A DNA stretch of 64,000 nucleotides from the human T2T-CHM13v2.0 reference genome, Homo sapiens. Of the stretch, positions 35,881-49,640 are shown in pieces; positions within the stretch are counted from its first letter, which is position 1; each line of letters opens with the position of its first letter. The position numbers and the translations under genes were made by a program. Location: the NCBI RefSeq assembly GCF_009914755.1, contig NC_060940.1, one strand, 5' to 3'. The notes below the pieces were generated by a model. It ran no database searches and was not told where the DNA came from. It was given only the letters and a program-made list of their open reading frames with translations.

Positions 35881-37599
35881 GCTGTGAAAGTGTGTGTTAA
35901 ACCAAGAGAAACAGGAAGGGCAGGGCTGGGCAGTTCGGAGTGCAAGCAGGCACCCTCCTGTCTCCTGGACGGGGTCCCCCGCCAGCGATTTGGGCCCAAG
36001 ACTGGGGTCCCTGGGGGGTCTCTCGGGCCCTGGCCCCAGATTGCAGGGGGATGGGAGCCCAGGGCATCCCGCGGGGGTCCTGCTTTCCACAGGGTCACCC
36101 CAATTTCCACAACCTCTGGACACTCAGCACCGGGAGATGCACCCCAGAAAAGAGCACAGCAAGCAGGGGCTCCACCGCCTCATTCAACCAGGAGAAAGCT
36201 GGGGCACAGAGAGGGGCAGGGCCTGGCCCCAGGATGCTCAGCCCAAGCTGGGTCTCAAACAGCAGCCCCAACTCCTTCATGACTTGTTAATTCAACAAAC
36301 AGCTGCACAGCGATTTTCTGACCAGGCGGGGAGGAGAAGGCAGGTTTTCGGGGCTGCTGGCAGCTGCTCATTTGCAGGCCCGAGCTTGTGAACGGTTTCC
36401 ACCTGGGGGCGTCGGGGGTGCTTCCAGGTACCATTTGTTCCTGCCTGGAGGGAGCCCCTTCCCTCGGGGAACCAAGGGCTGGTGGCTTCCGGTCGTCCTG
36501 GGTGGAGGCTTAGGGCCTCCCACCAGGAACCCCAGAGAGGTAGATGGGGAGAGGGTAGCTGTGTTTCCATGCTTGTATTTTTGGGGGGAATGGCTTCCGG
36601 GGTGAGGGGCCGACTTCAGGGCCTTTTTCCTAAAAGAAGCTTCAAGGCCGGCCTCCTCTGGCAGGCCCGTGCTGAGGGCTTTCGAAGGGATCCCGTTCAG
36701 CCCCACAGCACCCCCCTTGAGGTAGGTGTGATCATTGTCTTTCCGGGGGCCCCTCTCCCATGTAGGCTCATAGTGGGCAGAACTCCCGCCCCACGGCCCA
36801 TGTACAGGAACAGCCCAGCATGGAAAAGCCGCACCTCTGACCCAGGCAGGCCATCATCGAACCCCCATGTCCCCAGGGTGTGCCCGGGTCATCCTCGCAC
36901 CCCACCTCGGCCCCCTCCTCCCCTGGTCCCTGGCTGGGCTGCAGCCACAGCTTCTTCTAATGGGTTAAGTGACTTTGCATCAGACACAATCCCGTTGACA
37001 TTATCGGCATGAATAAAAGATGAGATCTGCTAGGGGTGGCTGTCAGGATCCTCCCCGCACAGGCGAGGCTCCCGGCAAGACTGACAGTAAGAGGCTCTGC
37101 GGGAAGGAGCTGGGCGGGGTGGGGGGGGTGCCCCTGTGGAGCCACTAAATGAGGGATGTCGGTTCCTCCCCCGGAGGCCTGGTGGATGGGAGAAGCCTGG
37201 GGCCCACGCGGGAGGCAGTGTGGGGTGGGGCTGAGCAAGGAAGGGAGGAGGAGGAGGAGCAGCGTGCGGGAGTCCCCTTGTACACACGTTCACGGAGCAG
37301 CCACTGTGGGCCTTGCCCTGTTCTGGCCAAAAGAAAAAAAAAAAAAAGCAGACAGTAGGAGAGAGAAAGGGGCAGGAGAGAGGGGGCGTTCTGGCCGCAA
37401 GAAGCGGCATTCTGACCTGAAGGAGGCGAGAGGAGAGAGATCCAGGCAGAGGCCCTGCAGGTGCAGAAGCCGCTTGGGGACTTGGGAGGCCGGAGCCAGG
37501 GAGTGAGGAGAGAGGGGTTTGGGGGCGCTGCTGCCCTGGGTTTGGACTCAGCAGACTCTGGAAAGCAGGCATTGGAGGAAGGGCGGCTGAACCCTCTGG

Positions 37600-37755
37600 C
37601 TGCTCATTAACCAGGCCTGACGCTCGGGGCTCCAGGGGTGGGGCCGCACCCCGCTTGCTCACCTGCCTGGCTGCTTTATCTTGACAACAGATTGCACAAA
37701 CCCCAGAGCTAATATTGAACTTGCCTGGCTTTTAAATAGCACCTGTAAACACCAC
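37600..37755. promoter_or_regulatory. Candidate enhancer (GATA + forkhead + E-box)
   Basis: TTATCT 37676, TGTAAACA 37744-37751 overlapping CACCTG, MEF2-like ttttaaatag. Confidence 0.3.
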
Positions 37756-39349
37756 TACTCCCAGCCCCTGGTCCACACATCCCTGCCCAAGGAGGCATTC
37801 AGGTGAGGCTGGCCCCAGGCACTGCCTCGCAAGCACTGAAGTGGAGCAGAGTCAGCTCCCCAGGAACCAGATCCTCATCATTTGCCCCACCCCTGATGAG
37901 CGAAACCTTCTCTGCTCACCTTTTGTGCTGGAAATGGTCAGGGGAACCCTTCTCTGCAGGGAAGGGGCAAACGCCCAGCCAAGCTGGAGAGCCATTTCCA
38001 GACCTGCATGGACGTCCTCCCTGAGTGGCAAGGCCAGGCCCTGGGTCAGGCTCCAGCCGGAGATGTCCAATGGCCTCACCCATCGCTGCCTCGGGGGCTC
38101 CACCCAGCTGCTGCTCTGCCGTGGCCTCATTCTGCTGCACCTGAGATCCCTGGAGGGCTTCGGAAGTCACCCCCAGCCAGAGTCCCAGCTGCTGTTCCCA
38201 TCCAGCTGGTCTGGGGTGGCAGGGTTTGGCTTGCTTAAAGCTGGCGATTCCAGTGTGCAGCCAGGGCCTCAACACAGGCTGGGGGGCCGCTGAGCCCCTG
38301 GAGAGCCACCATGCACTAACATGGGAACCCCAACGAGAGAGGAGTTAGGGGGCTGTAGAAAAGAGAATGCGCAGTGGGGTAGGGGTGGGACCTGGGTGGG
38401 TGGGGTGTGGCCTGGTGTCCAGAGTGGGAGTCTTACTCCACCAAGCAGACCAAACCGTGGCAAGCGTGTATCCCTCTCTCTGTCGCCGCATCCATCCACC
38501 TGTCCATCCATCCACTCTCCCACCCACCGCTGCACTTGCTCTCCCTTCTCCTGGAATGCTCTCCCCACGGTCCTGGCCTCTGCCGCTCACAGGCAGGGCC
38601 CCTGCAGCCCCAGCCTCGTGGGACATCTTCGGGGAAGACCCCCTGAGGCCCCATCCAGGATGTCAGCCCCAGTACCTGCACCCCACCTGAAGGAGTGACG
38701 TGAGGCCACTTCCTGGAGGCTGGCACTGCCTGCTCTCCTCGAGTCCCTCCTCAGCCCTCACCTGCATCCACCAGGGAGGCCAGAGCCTCCTCCATCCATG
38801 CCCCACAGCCCAGACCTCAGGATGCTCTTTGGAGCAAGTGTGTTCAGAAGAAGAGTGTTCTGGGGTCTCTTGAAGGAACCAGAAAGAAAGCTCTTGTCCT
38901 CCTAATAATGACAACCCGCTTTAATGCATTTGTTCGTTCATTGGGGGACTTACTGAGCACTGTGTTCACAGGACTGGGATGGAACAGGGCACAAAGCCCC
39001 CGCCCCTCCGGTGCCAGCGTACAGACATCTTACCCAGAAGTCGAGGCTTGAGGTTCTTGGCGACGGCAGGGTCGCCGCTTAAAACATTTCACCTGTTCGG
39101 CCCGGGGCTCATGGGGAGGCTGGGGGCTTCCTGGTGAGAGGCCAGACCTTCTGGAAGCAGCTTGCTGGGGCCACAGGATGCAATGGCAGGGTGTCAGTTA
39201 ACCAGCCTGGCTGGACACGTGGGGACGAGCCATATGGGAACCCGCCAGCCATGCCTCTAGCCCTGCCTGGCCCTGGGCATGTGCAAGGCTGCCCCTGAGC
39301 TGGCCTGGCCGCCTGCAGCCTCCGCCCTCTTCCTTCTCTCCCAGCCCGC

Positions 39350-39690
39350 CAGGATCTTGCTCACATACTTTAAAACAATCTAAAAGTAATTATTACAAAC
39401 AGGCTGCTTGGGAACACCTGCTCCCGCCGTCCCTCGGAATCGCTAATGTTCCTGCGCCCAGCACTGACAGGCGCAAGGGCTCCTCACGCCCCGAGTCGCC
39501 AGATGCTCCGCGCCATGGCACCCCCCTCACCACCCCCTCTGCGTGGCATGGCGAGGGCCGCTGGAGCCTGTGTTTCCAGCGCTGCCCGCGCAGCTGTCAC
39601 TTACAGCGATCAGTGGAAAAATCATCACCCCACGAAGTCATACATATGGAACATCATATTTGCAGAATATTTATTTTAACATGTGTCAGG
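39350..39690. promoter_or_regulatory. Candidate enhancer
   Basis: AACAAT 39374, GTAAT-T-ATTAC 39386-39396, TGACAG 39465, CAGCTGTCA 39591; CpG-retaining core between AT-rich ends. Confidence 0.35.
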
Positions 39691-40050
39691 GCCTCTTCGG
39701 GTTGCAGGCAGAGCTCTGCCTCCCATGCCAGGCAGCTGGAGCAGGGCAGGCAGAGGGCCAGGGTGGAGAGCAAGCTCCGAGCAGGCTGGGCTGGACTGGA
39801 CTGGGCTGGGGGCCCAGGGCCACTCACCCAGGACTCCAGTCGGCCCTCCCTGGGCGCCCTGGGGCGGGGGGTTGTCCCAGCAGCCACTTGCATCCCTGGC
39901 TGTCCCTGCATTGTCCCAGCTGCCTGTTCTGTACCATCTCAGTTAGGGGCCAGCCACAATAGAAGCTGCTTGAGGCATTTCAACAGAGAGGATTTGACTC
40001 TTGGCACTGCTGAGCAGGTGCTGGAGGACCCAGAAGGCAGGAGGGGATGC

Positions 40051-40094
40051 ACGGGTGATGTGAGGTGGTGACGGGTGATGTGAGGTGGTGACGG
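40051..40094. repeat. Perfect 20-bp tandem duplication
   Basis: acgggtgatgtgaggtggtg x2.2. Confidence 0.9.
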
Positions 40095-40479
40095 CAGGAA
40101 GCAGCCCCACCCCCAGGGCCAAGGGAAAGGGTGGAGTTGCTGGACCCAGAGGCTTGGTGGAGGATGGATCTGGGACTGACCTTGGAGGCAGGTGTGCTGC
40201 CGGGCTGGAGCTGCGAGTGTCAGGGGAAGGGAAGTTGCCCGTGATGCTCATGAGACAAAACCCATCTTGTGGTGGCAAAAAGGGGCTGGTCTCCTCCCAG
40301 CGGGATTTGGAGCGGAGCCACACCGATGCACGCTTTGGCGGAGACTGAGCCACAGGGAAGAGGCGCAGTAAAGGATGTTGTCACCCAAACATGGCCACCC
40401 CACCCACCCTCCAAGGCAAGCCTGCCCTGCCCACCCAGAAAGTCATGCAGCCCCGCTTACCCATCGCACTGAGCAGTCT

Positions 40480-40780
40480 TATCTCCTGACCACTTACCAC
40501 TAGGAAGAAGCAATTTTGTTCCCATTTTACAGGAGACTGAGGCTGAGAGACGAAGTAACTTTTACTTTGGTTAAAAATCCATGGCAAGTAAAAGGCAAGG
40601 AAGAATCTGAACATCCTAGACTGAGACCTCACAATATCATCCCTTTCTTTTAGATGGGGAAACTAAGGCATGGAGCGGTGGAGTTTCCTGCCCACAGTTG
40701 TTCAGCTGGTCAGTGGCAAGGCCGGGATTCAAACTTTAGACAGTCATGCTCTGGAATCCACACTTTTAACCACCACTCTC
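40480..40780 (-). mobile_element. Two adjacent MIR fragments
   Basis: cccattttacaggagactgaggctgagag and tagatggggaaactaaggca...gggattcaaac. Confidence 0.7.
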
Positions 40781-40784
40781 TAAG

Positions 40785-41570
40785 AATGAATGGAAAATGG
40801 ATGGATGGATGGATGGATGGATGGATGGATGGATGGATGGAAGGAAGGATGGATGGATGGAAGGATGGATGGATGGATGGGTAGATGGATGGGTGAATGA
40901 GAAGGAGGGAGGAAGGAAGGAAGGGTAGATGTATGTATGGATGGATGAATGGATGGGTGGGTGGGGTGGATGGATGTATAGTGGATAGATGGATGGCTGG
41001 ATGGATGGATGGATGGATGGATGGTAGATGGTGGGTGAATGAATGTGGATGGATGGATGAGTGAATGGATGAATGGATGGGTAGATGGGTGGGTGAATGG
41101 GAGGAAGGAAGGAAGGGTGGGTGGGTAGATGTATATATGGATGGATGGAAGAAGGGTGGGTGGGCTGGTGGATGAATGGATGATAGATGGTGGGTGAATG
41201 AATGTGGATGGATGGATGAGTGAATGGATGAATGGGTGGGTGGAAGGAAGGAAGGGAGAAAGGGAGGGAGGGAGGGAGGGTAGATGTGTATATGGATGGA
41301 TGGATGGAAGAGTGGGTGGAAGGGTGGGTGGATGGGTGGATGGATGGATGATTGAATGGTGGATGGATGGGGGGTGAATGAATGTGGATGGGTGAATGAA
41401 TGGATGGATGGATAAATGGAAGAAGGACAGATGTAGGTAGATGGGTAGGTGGGTGGATGGGTGAATGGAAGGAAGGAAAGAAGAAGGGAGGATGGGTAGA
41501 TAGATGGGTGGGTGGATGGATGGATGGATGGATGGATGGATGGTAGATGGAAGGATGGATGGATGAATGA
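40785..41570. repeat. (GGAT/GGAA/GAAT)n compound microsatellite
   Basis: Directly visible; an internal ~50-bp block is repeated at 41025 and 41184. Confidence 0.97.
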
Positions 41571-41719
41571 ACCACAGAAAAATATCCTCTTAAGCTATGT
41601 TATTTCCAGTCACTGGGAGTGTGCTAAATTAACCCTGGCTTCAGCCCACTTCTGGTGGCTCATGCATCCTCATCTTTTATTTTGTAGGGAGAAGTGCTTG
41701 AAAAATGTCTGGTGAGGGT

Positions 41720-41830
41720 AGAACAGAACATGGACTGTGGTGTGTCCCATAGACCTTGGTTTGAATCCTGACTGTGCCCCTTACTGTTGAGTGACCTGGG
41801 GGCCTCAGTTTGCCTGCCTAGGAAATGGAG
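41720..41830 (+). mobile_element. MIR fragment
   Basis: ggtttgaatcctgactgtgccccttact...gtgacctgg...gcctcagttt. Confidence 0.7.
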
Positions 41831-42048
41831 CTATGAGGCTGTCCCCGCTTCTGTCCCCACCTATGAGCCCAGACCTCACATTGGGAACAGGCTCAGTATG
41901 TGGTGGCTATGCAGTGTCAACCCCAGCACCAGCACTGTGAGTCCTGGGGTCCTGGGAGTGGGAGAGCAGCTGCCCGCAGGTTCAGGCAAATTCAGCCCTT
42001 GGAGAAGTATCTCCCAGACCCTCCAGGGTGCCTGAGTTCAAAGCAAAG

Positions 42049-42877
<829 letters not shown>

Positions 42878-43159
42878 TGCTGCATTGGACAGGACCCAGA
42901 TAGACCCCTTGTTCAAGGGGCTTCGGTGCTGGGAACTGGTGCATCTCGCCCACCCTTGTCTCTTTCAGCCTCTCCAGATCCCAGGCAGGAGGGAGAGCAG
43001 GGGCTGGCCCCTCATTAGCAGGGCAGGCTGAGGGCCCGAGACAAGGTCCAGCCCCGGCCCTGGGCTCCTGACCTGGGCTTCCTGCACCACCCAGGATTCC
43101 CTCGTGCCTTGGTGAGAGCTGTGAGGGGCAACGATGGGCAGAGGCAGGTAGGTGTCAGG

Positions 43160-43365
43160 CATGGCATGGCTCTAACTTCGGAGCCGACCGTCTGGCTTCA
43201 GAGCTCAGCTCTGCCACCTGCTGGCCCTGTAACGCTGTGTAAGTGATTGAACCTTACCAAGCCTCAGCTTGCTTAGCTGTAAAATGGGGCGATAACGGCC
43301 CCTGCCTCACGGGGTGCTGAGGCAGTGACGTAGCGCTTGGAACCAGCACTGCTAGCAGTTTATTC
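43160..43365 (+). mobile_element. MIR
   Basis: gctctgccacctgctgg...gcctcagcttgcttagctgtaaaatggggcgataac. Confidence 0.75.
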
Positions 43366-44304
43366 CCCTGCCTCACTAAGACAAGGTGTTTTGGGTCCCT
43401 GTGGGGTTTCTGGAGTGGGCAGGTGAGTGAGGCTGCAGGCCAGCCCCTGAGGGCGGTCCTCTGAGGGGGACACCTGGCTGAAAGGTAAGCCCTCCCCTGA
43501 ACTGGACTGTCCACAGCCCCAGAAGATGAATTTCACTGTTGGCTCCTGTTTGAATTCACCTCCCACCCCCCATTCTAGTTACCAGGGGTCCAGTGGGTGG
43601 GAGCGGGCTGGGGGATCCTTGGCAGTTAGGGGAAAATCGATTCTGCTTCCAGTAGACAAACGCCTGGGGGGTCCCTGGTGTTGACAGCAGACCAGTAAAC
43701 TGTCTTTGTCACTGGCCGGTGAGCTGTGGCCACCGTCCTGGGCAGCTGGAGTGAGCAGTAACATTTGTAAGGTACTCCTTCTGCCCAGCCACCTTGGAGA
43801 ATCTCAGCTTCATAACACAGCAGCGTGCACAACGCACACATACAACACGTGCACATACATGGGGCGCCTACAGCTCCGAAGCCTCCGCACGCTGCATCAC
43901 TCACGGTAAACAGCCGCAGGAGCAGCAGGTGCCTGCTCATCACAAGCACATGCAACATACATGCAGAGGTGCAGGTGGGGAGACAGCCCAGGGCATGCAC
44001 GCCTTCTCAGGACACACAGCCCCCGCCCAGGACCTGTGTCCGGAGCACCCCCCAGGATGCCCGGCAATGCCAGGTGCCACGGTCACATTCTGTGTGGCAT
44101 GCATCACTGGCATGTTCTGCCACGGGCATGTGCATGGAGGAGCTCCCCGCAGGGTCTTCTGTCTGGGGGCAGAGCTTCTCCATGCAGGAGTTGCGCTGCT
44201 GCCCCGAAACATCCTCCCTGGAAGCCGAGTGCAGAGGAACCAAGGACGGGGCCTCTGGTGGCGGAGGCAGGCACAGCTGTGACAAGTGCGAATCTGCTAG
44301 TGAG

Positions 44305-44815
44305 GCGTCATCATGTCCCTCCTTGCCCAGAACCTTCCTGTGGCTCCCATGTCCCTGGGGACAAAAGCCAGAGTCCTTAGCCTGGCCTCAAAGCCTGGTG
44401 TGATCTGTTCCATGGCCCCCAGCATCTCCTGTCCTCACCTCCTCCCAAGATCTCCCTTGCTGGCTCTGCTCCAGCCCTACAGGCCTCCTCCCCTGTCCTC
44501 AGACCTGCCCCAGGGCCTTTGCCCTCACTGTTCCCTCTGCCTGGAACGCTGCTCCCACCTGCACAGCCCTGCATGTGGCTCTGAGCCCCCTTGCTTCCCG
44601 CACAGCCTCCACATGGCCTCCTTCCATTCCTCGATTTTCCATTTTTCTCCAGAGCTCTGGGTCACAGCGAGCTTACTCATGGATGTGTGTGTGTGGTTAT
44701 TCTCTGTCTCCTTGCTGAGCTGTCAGCTCCACCAGTGACCTGTTCTCCTCCGTGCAGTTCCCAGGACTGTGAACAGAGCCTGGCATTCTGCGGGGGCTCG
44801 GTAAAAACGTGCAGT
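44305..44815 (+). mobile_element. L2 3' region
   Basis: aaccttcctgtggctcccat...cagggcctttgccctcactgttccctctgcctggaacgct...gaacagagcctggca. Confidence 0.8.
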
Positions 44816-44929
44816 AAGCACAGGTCAGGGAATTTCATTCATTCTCCTGTCTCTTCACCTCCTAGTCCTCGGGGAATCCAATGGGGGTTCAGTCGGAGCC
44901 CAGTGATGTGTGAGCAGGGTCCCTGCAAT

Positions 44930-45055
44930 ATCTAGCACTTTTTGAGCACTTACAACATCCCAGGGGCGAGGCTAGGAACGTTGCCCGTGAGCACATTTAA
45001 TCCTCACAACCTCATGGGTCATGAAGCCCATTTGACAGAAGAGGAAACAGATAGA
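44930..45055 (-). mobile_element. MIR fragment
   Basis: catttaatcctcacaacc...cccatttgacagaagaggaaac. Confidence 0.7.
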
Positions 45056-45759
45056 ATGCAGTGAAGGATGAGGCCAGCCCCAGAAGCAGTTTGGAGCAAA
45101 GAAACACACAGAAGGAAGAACCGAGATCAGCCATGATAATGGCCGGACACCCAGACAGCCTCCCGTGCAGTCCTCATTCCCAGTCACAGATGGGGGAAGA
45201 ACCACAGAGAGGTTCAGCAACTTGCCTAAGGTCACCCAGCCCGGTAGGGCCAGAGCCAACTCCAAGAGGAACACAGGTGGGAACTGTGCTGGGAGGGTGG
45301 CCAAGGGAGCCCGGCCTGGGAATGACCTTGGAAAACTTGCCCTGCACCTCGAAGGCCAGGCCAGGGGGCGGAGGGGTGAGCATGGAGCCACACAGCAGCG
45401 TTCAGCCCTCTCCACACGGCAATCACTTGGGAGCTGCATGGAACGGGGACGCCTGGTGCCACCCCCAGAGGCTCTGGCTTGATAGTCCCCAGGTACGGGC
45501 TGGGCACAGGGCGGCGGCAGTCTAGGGCATTCGTCTGAAGGGCACCGCTGGGGAAATCCTGACGTAGGCACACACGTGCATGACCTGCCCGCCTCCATCA
45601 GGGCCTGGAGCGGAGGTCCCCCCACTTAGCGAGCAGCAGAATCCCCTGAAGGCAAATGCAGGTTGCCGGGCCCTGCCCCGGGGTCTCAGACACTGCAGGT
45701 CAGCGTGAGGCCTGGGAGCCTGCGTTCCCACCCAGCTCCCAGGAGAGGCTGCCGCTGCT

Positions 45760-45884
45760 TAAGACTCTGCACTTTGAGAGCCGCTGATACAGAACATTTC
45801 CAGCCCCGCCGCAAGGCCCTGGGCTGAGGGTTTTTTAAAGCTCCCCAAGTGATTTTTGAGTGCAGCTCAGGTTGAAAGCCACTG
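45760..45884. mobile_element. MER5-like fragment
   Basis: ttttttaaagctccccaagtgattt...gcagctcaggttgaaagccactg. Confidence 0.55.
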
Positions 45885-46069
45885 CCTCGGGGGGGCGGAT
45901 TTCTCACATCCTGGATTCAAGCCCTCCTGAGCTTGGCTCAGAATTGCACCAAGCCCCAGGGGTGTTAATCTGCAAAACCTCTCAGTGTAGCCTGATAGGG
46001 CGGCAGGCAACGTGAGGGGCGCGCAGGAGCCAGAGACCCAAGGAGGGAAGCCCCTGGGGTGAATGTGGA

Positions 46070-46326
46070 GGAGCTGCTGGCAGAAGCCAGCCTCCAGGCC
46101 CCGTCCATACGGGAGCTCGCTCAGGCCCAGCCCGCGGTGCCGCATGATGGCGTATGGCAAAATCTTTGTGTTTTCAAAGAGAAGCCAGAAGTCCAGATTT
46201 TTCTGTCAAATCTGATTTTTAAATGTTGGCAACTAATGCGAAAATACAATTCTTACGTTACCGCGGGGCGAAAAACACACAACGCCCCTACCGTGTTTGC
46301 AGGCCACACTTGCAGAGCGCGTCTCT
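46070..46326 (-). mobile_element. MER102-like hAT-Charlie element
   Basis: aagagaagccagaagtccagattttt...tttttaaatgttggcaactaat. Confidence 0.7.
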
Positions 46327-46614
46327 GATCCAACGCCTGCTGTCCCCAGATCTGATCCTTTGAGCATCAGGGCTGGAAAGTCGCCTCCGGGGTGGTGGCC
46401 GTGGCAGCCTCAGAGGTTTCTGCCCGTGCTCCCCGAGACACTTGGCCATGGCACCTGCCTCCCGCCATTGGCCTTCCGTCCTCCTTCGGAGCGAAGCTCC
46501 ACCCAGCCCACCTGGACAGGAGCTGGCCTGTCTGGCACTCTGAGCACCCAGGGCCCAGAGGGTATCTGGGCCGTCTTGCCTCCCTGGCCCCCCAGCCACC
46601 CACGCACCCTCTCC

Positions 46615-46990
46615 TGACAGCTTTATCAAGCCTCCAGCCTTCCCAATCCCATTGTTCCTGACATCTGTTTCAGTAAGTGATTAATTGCAATTAGCTAGCG
46701 GTTTGAAAGCCCTGGAAGAATACTCAGCAGAAAACTCATCAAGATTAATGAGTGGCGGGGCTGTGGGAGGGGCATCCCAGGCACACCACGGCATGGGCGC
46801 CTGGTGGAATCCTCACCGCCTGGGCGAGTGCTGGGACGCACACCGGAGGTGACCGTCTAGCTGCACGCCCCCGAACTCACCCCTCACCCCTCTTCCCCCA
46901 TAAACGACCACTGGCTGACTTCTCATCAAAATGCATGAATTACCCGCTAATAGGCTATTAATAAAGCCCTTAGAGTGTCATAAGGTTAGG
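46615..46990. promoter_or_regulatory. Candidate enhancer with a homeodomain palindrome
   Basis: ATTGTT 46651, TGATTAAT 46678-46685, perfect palindrome TAATTGCAATTA 46682-46693, GATTAATG, TATTAATAAA. Confidence 0.4.
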
Positions 46991-48029
46991 TTCTATGCAT
47001 GCAGAATGGATTGCCGTGCTTCCAGAACATTCTGCCATTGGCCAAGACGGGCACGCCCAGATGGAGGAGGGAGAGGGTCTGTACACAGCCATCCCTTCCA
47101 AGTAATTTTAGGGAACTGAGGATGCACTTGAAATCAACAGTCAAGTCCGTATTGAAGTGAAACCTCCTCCCCAGAGGTGGGAATTCTCAGTAGCGTTCAC
47201 TTCACAGGCAACGAGAGACTGGGTGGGAAGAGGGAGAGAATGAGCTTGAAGCTCTGACCCAGCCCACTGTCTCCCAGGTGCCGAGCAGCTGAGCTGCACA
47301 TCCCAGAACACACAACTGCACACGGTTCTTTCCACGCTTTGCTTGCGTGTTCTCTTCAGGGCCCTGCCTGCAAGCACATATGTTGCACGTCGTGGCAGGT
47401 GTCATTTGTGGGGCATATTTTATGCCACCTTTGTGTGTTTCCACGGTTCTCAGCATCTCTCCTCTTCCCCCATTTCTAATGAAAAAACAGGCATTCTTGA
47501 GGGACCACTGTGTATCAGGTGTTTTCCAGGTATTCTCTGCAATGCTTCCAACAGTCCTGAAATGCCCCCAGTTGACAGATAGGAAAAGCAAGGCTGGGAT
47601 GCTTCAGCAGCAGGCCCCAGGTGCACAGGTGAGGATGGAGCTGGGATTTGAACCTCGGTCTGTCTGGTTGGGAATTTTTGCCTACCCCGGCACTCTCTGC
47701 AGCTCTATACGGGTCATCCTGTGGCTCCAGGACTTACTGGGGTGGCAGATAGGGACTGATCTGGCATCCAGAGGCCTAGAGCGGTCACACTGTGGATGGA
47801 AGAGCCCCGTTTTTATCTTGTGCTTTTTCAGATCTGCTTGGGGGATCAGGTGATGATAAGTCCCCCCCAGAGACTTCCCTGGGGCAACTTGGAATGGGGC
47901 TCAGGGGTTCAGGGAGGCTCAGCACCAGCCCCAGGCAGGTGCTCTCTTGTTCAACAGAGGGCCTCGAGCTGTGGGCGAGTGATGCAACCAGCCTTGGGTT
48001 CAACACTGGCCCCAGACATTCTCTTGCTT

Positions 48030-48200
48030 GGTTTACATTGTCATTTTCACTTAATCTTCATAAGAACCCCAAAGAAACATCTCTTATGCCCATTTTACAG
48101 GCAAAGGAACTGAGGCACAGAGAGGTTAAGTCACCTGGGTCCAGTTACCAGATTATAAAAGTAGAGTTGTGATTTGACTTCAATCCTTTACTTTCCCACA
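48030..48200 (-). mobile_element. MIR
   Basis: cccattttacaggcaaaggaactgaggcacagagaggttaagtcac. Confidence 0.8.
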
Positions 48201-48377
48201 AATTACTTTCCCTGCCCTCGGCCAGCCTTAGAGAGAGAAGCAGGAGTGCACACCACTGGCCGTGATCCCTGGCCACCCCCAGGGACCTCTGCTGCCCACT
48301 CACTGTAGCGTCCTGACAACTCTGGGCCCTGCTGTTTGGCATTGGTGTCTGTATCTCTGACCAGATGAAGGCTGTGT

Positions 48378-48735
48378 AGATGGATGGATGAAGAGAAGGA
48401 TCCTGGATGGATGGATGGATGGATGGATGGATGGATGGATGGATGGAGAGATGATTGGGTGAATGTTGAATGGATAGATACTTGCATGGGATTGGATGAG
48501 CAGAAGGATAGATGGGCCAGTGGATGTTGGATAGATGGTGGATGGAGGGTCAGATGGATCAATGGATGCTGGATGGATGGATGCTGGATAGATGGATGTT
48601 GGATAGATGGATGGATTTTGGATGGGTAGAGAATGGATGAATGGATGGTGGATAGATGTTGGTTGTACAGATGGATGGAAGTGGTTTGGATGGATGGATG
48701 GATGTTGGTTAGATGACTAGATGGAAGGATGGAAA
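48378..48735. repeat. (GGAT)n-derived microsatellite
   Basis: Directly visible. Confidence 0.93.
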
Positions 48736-49122
48736 TCTCTGGCTCTGGGAGGGGAAGCAAGAGCCATAATTCCTCATATCCCTAGTGGAAAGGGGGACTA
48801 ACTAGCTCCAGCCCTAGGCCTGCTCAGCTGGGCACAACCCAAACCTGAGGGCCTGTGGGCACCAATCTCCCACCCAAAGGGGCAGCAGAAATTCTCCAGT
48901 ATCAAAGTCTGAAGGACTGTGGCCCAACTCCTCACCAGGAAAGAAACTGAGACTCAAAGATGGGAGGAGACTTGCCATGGTCCCAGGATTTATTTCCCAC
49001 AGGGCTGGGGACTGCAGCCTCATTTCTGTGACATACTAAGGGTCCCAAGGAACGCCTTACAGCCCCTCCTGCCCCATGAGCACCATCTAGGGCATGGCCT
49101 AGGAGTCACTAGGATGGTGGTC

Positions 49123-49162
<40 letters not shown>
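49123..49162. repeat. (TAA)13 microsatellite
   Basis: Pure trinucleotide run at the edge of a reverse MIR (acagatgaggaaattgaggcac near 49280). Confidence 0.95.
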
Positions 49163-49350
49163 CAGTGCCGTCCGCCTCCTGTATACCCGGTGTCAGCGCT
49201 TTACTTGTATGTGTAACTCCTTTTATTTCCCCAGTAATCCAGTAAGGGAAGGACTGCTGTGTTATTACCTGCATGTTACAGATGAGGAAATTGAGGCACA
49301 AAGAGGTTGAGCTGTTTGCCCAAGGCTCCAGTTAGAAAGTGTCAGAGCCA

Positions 49351-49640
49351 GGCTGGTCACGGCAGCTCATGCCTGTAATCCCAGCACTTGGGGAGGCTGA
49401 GACAGGCGGATCACTTGAGGTCAGGAGTTCAAGACCAGCCTGGCCAACATGGTAAAACCCCTTCTCTACTAAAAACACAAAAATTAGCCAGGCATGGTGG
49501 CACGCATCTGTAATCCCAGCTACCGGGGAGGCTGAGGCAGGAGAGTGGCTTGAACCCGGGAGGCAGAGGTTGCAGTAGCCAAGATCGTGCTTCTGCACTC
49601 CAGCCTGGGAGACAGTGAGACTCTGCCTCAAAAAATAAAA
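49351..49640 (+). mobile_element. AluS
   Basis: Full Alu; degenerate TSD aagtgtcagagcca / aagtatcagagcca. Confidence 0.95.

Noticed and set aside
39930-40350. Possible very old LTR fragment
   Set aside because: Only a vague resemblance (ggcatttcaacagagaggatttga); a family cannot be assigned without a Dfam search
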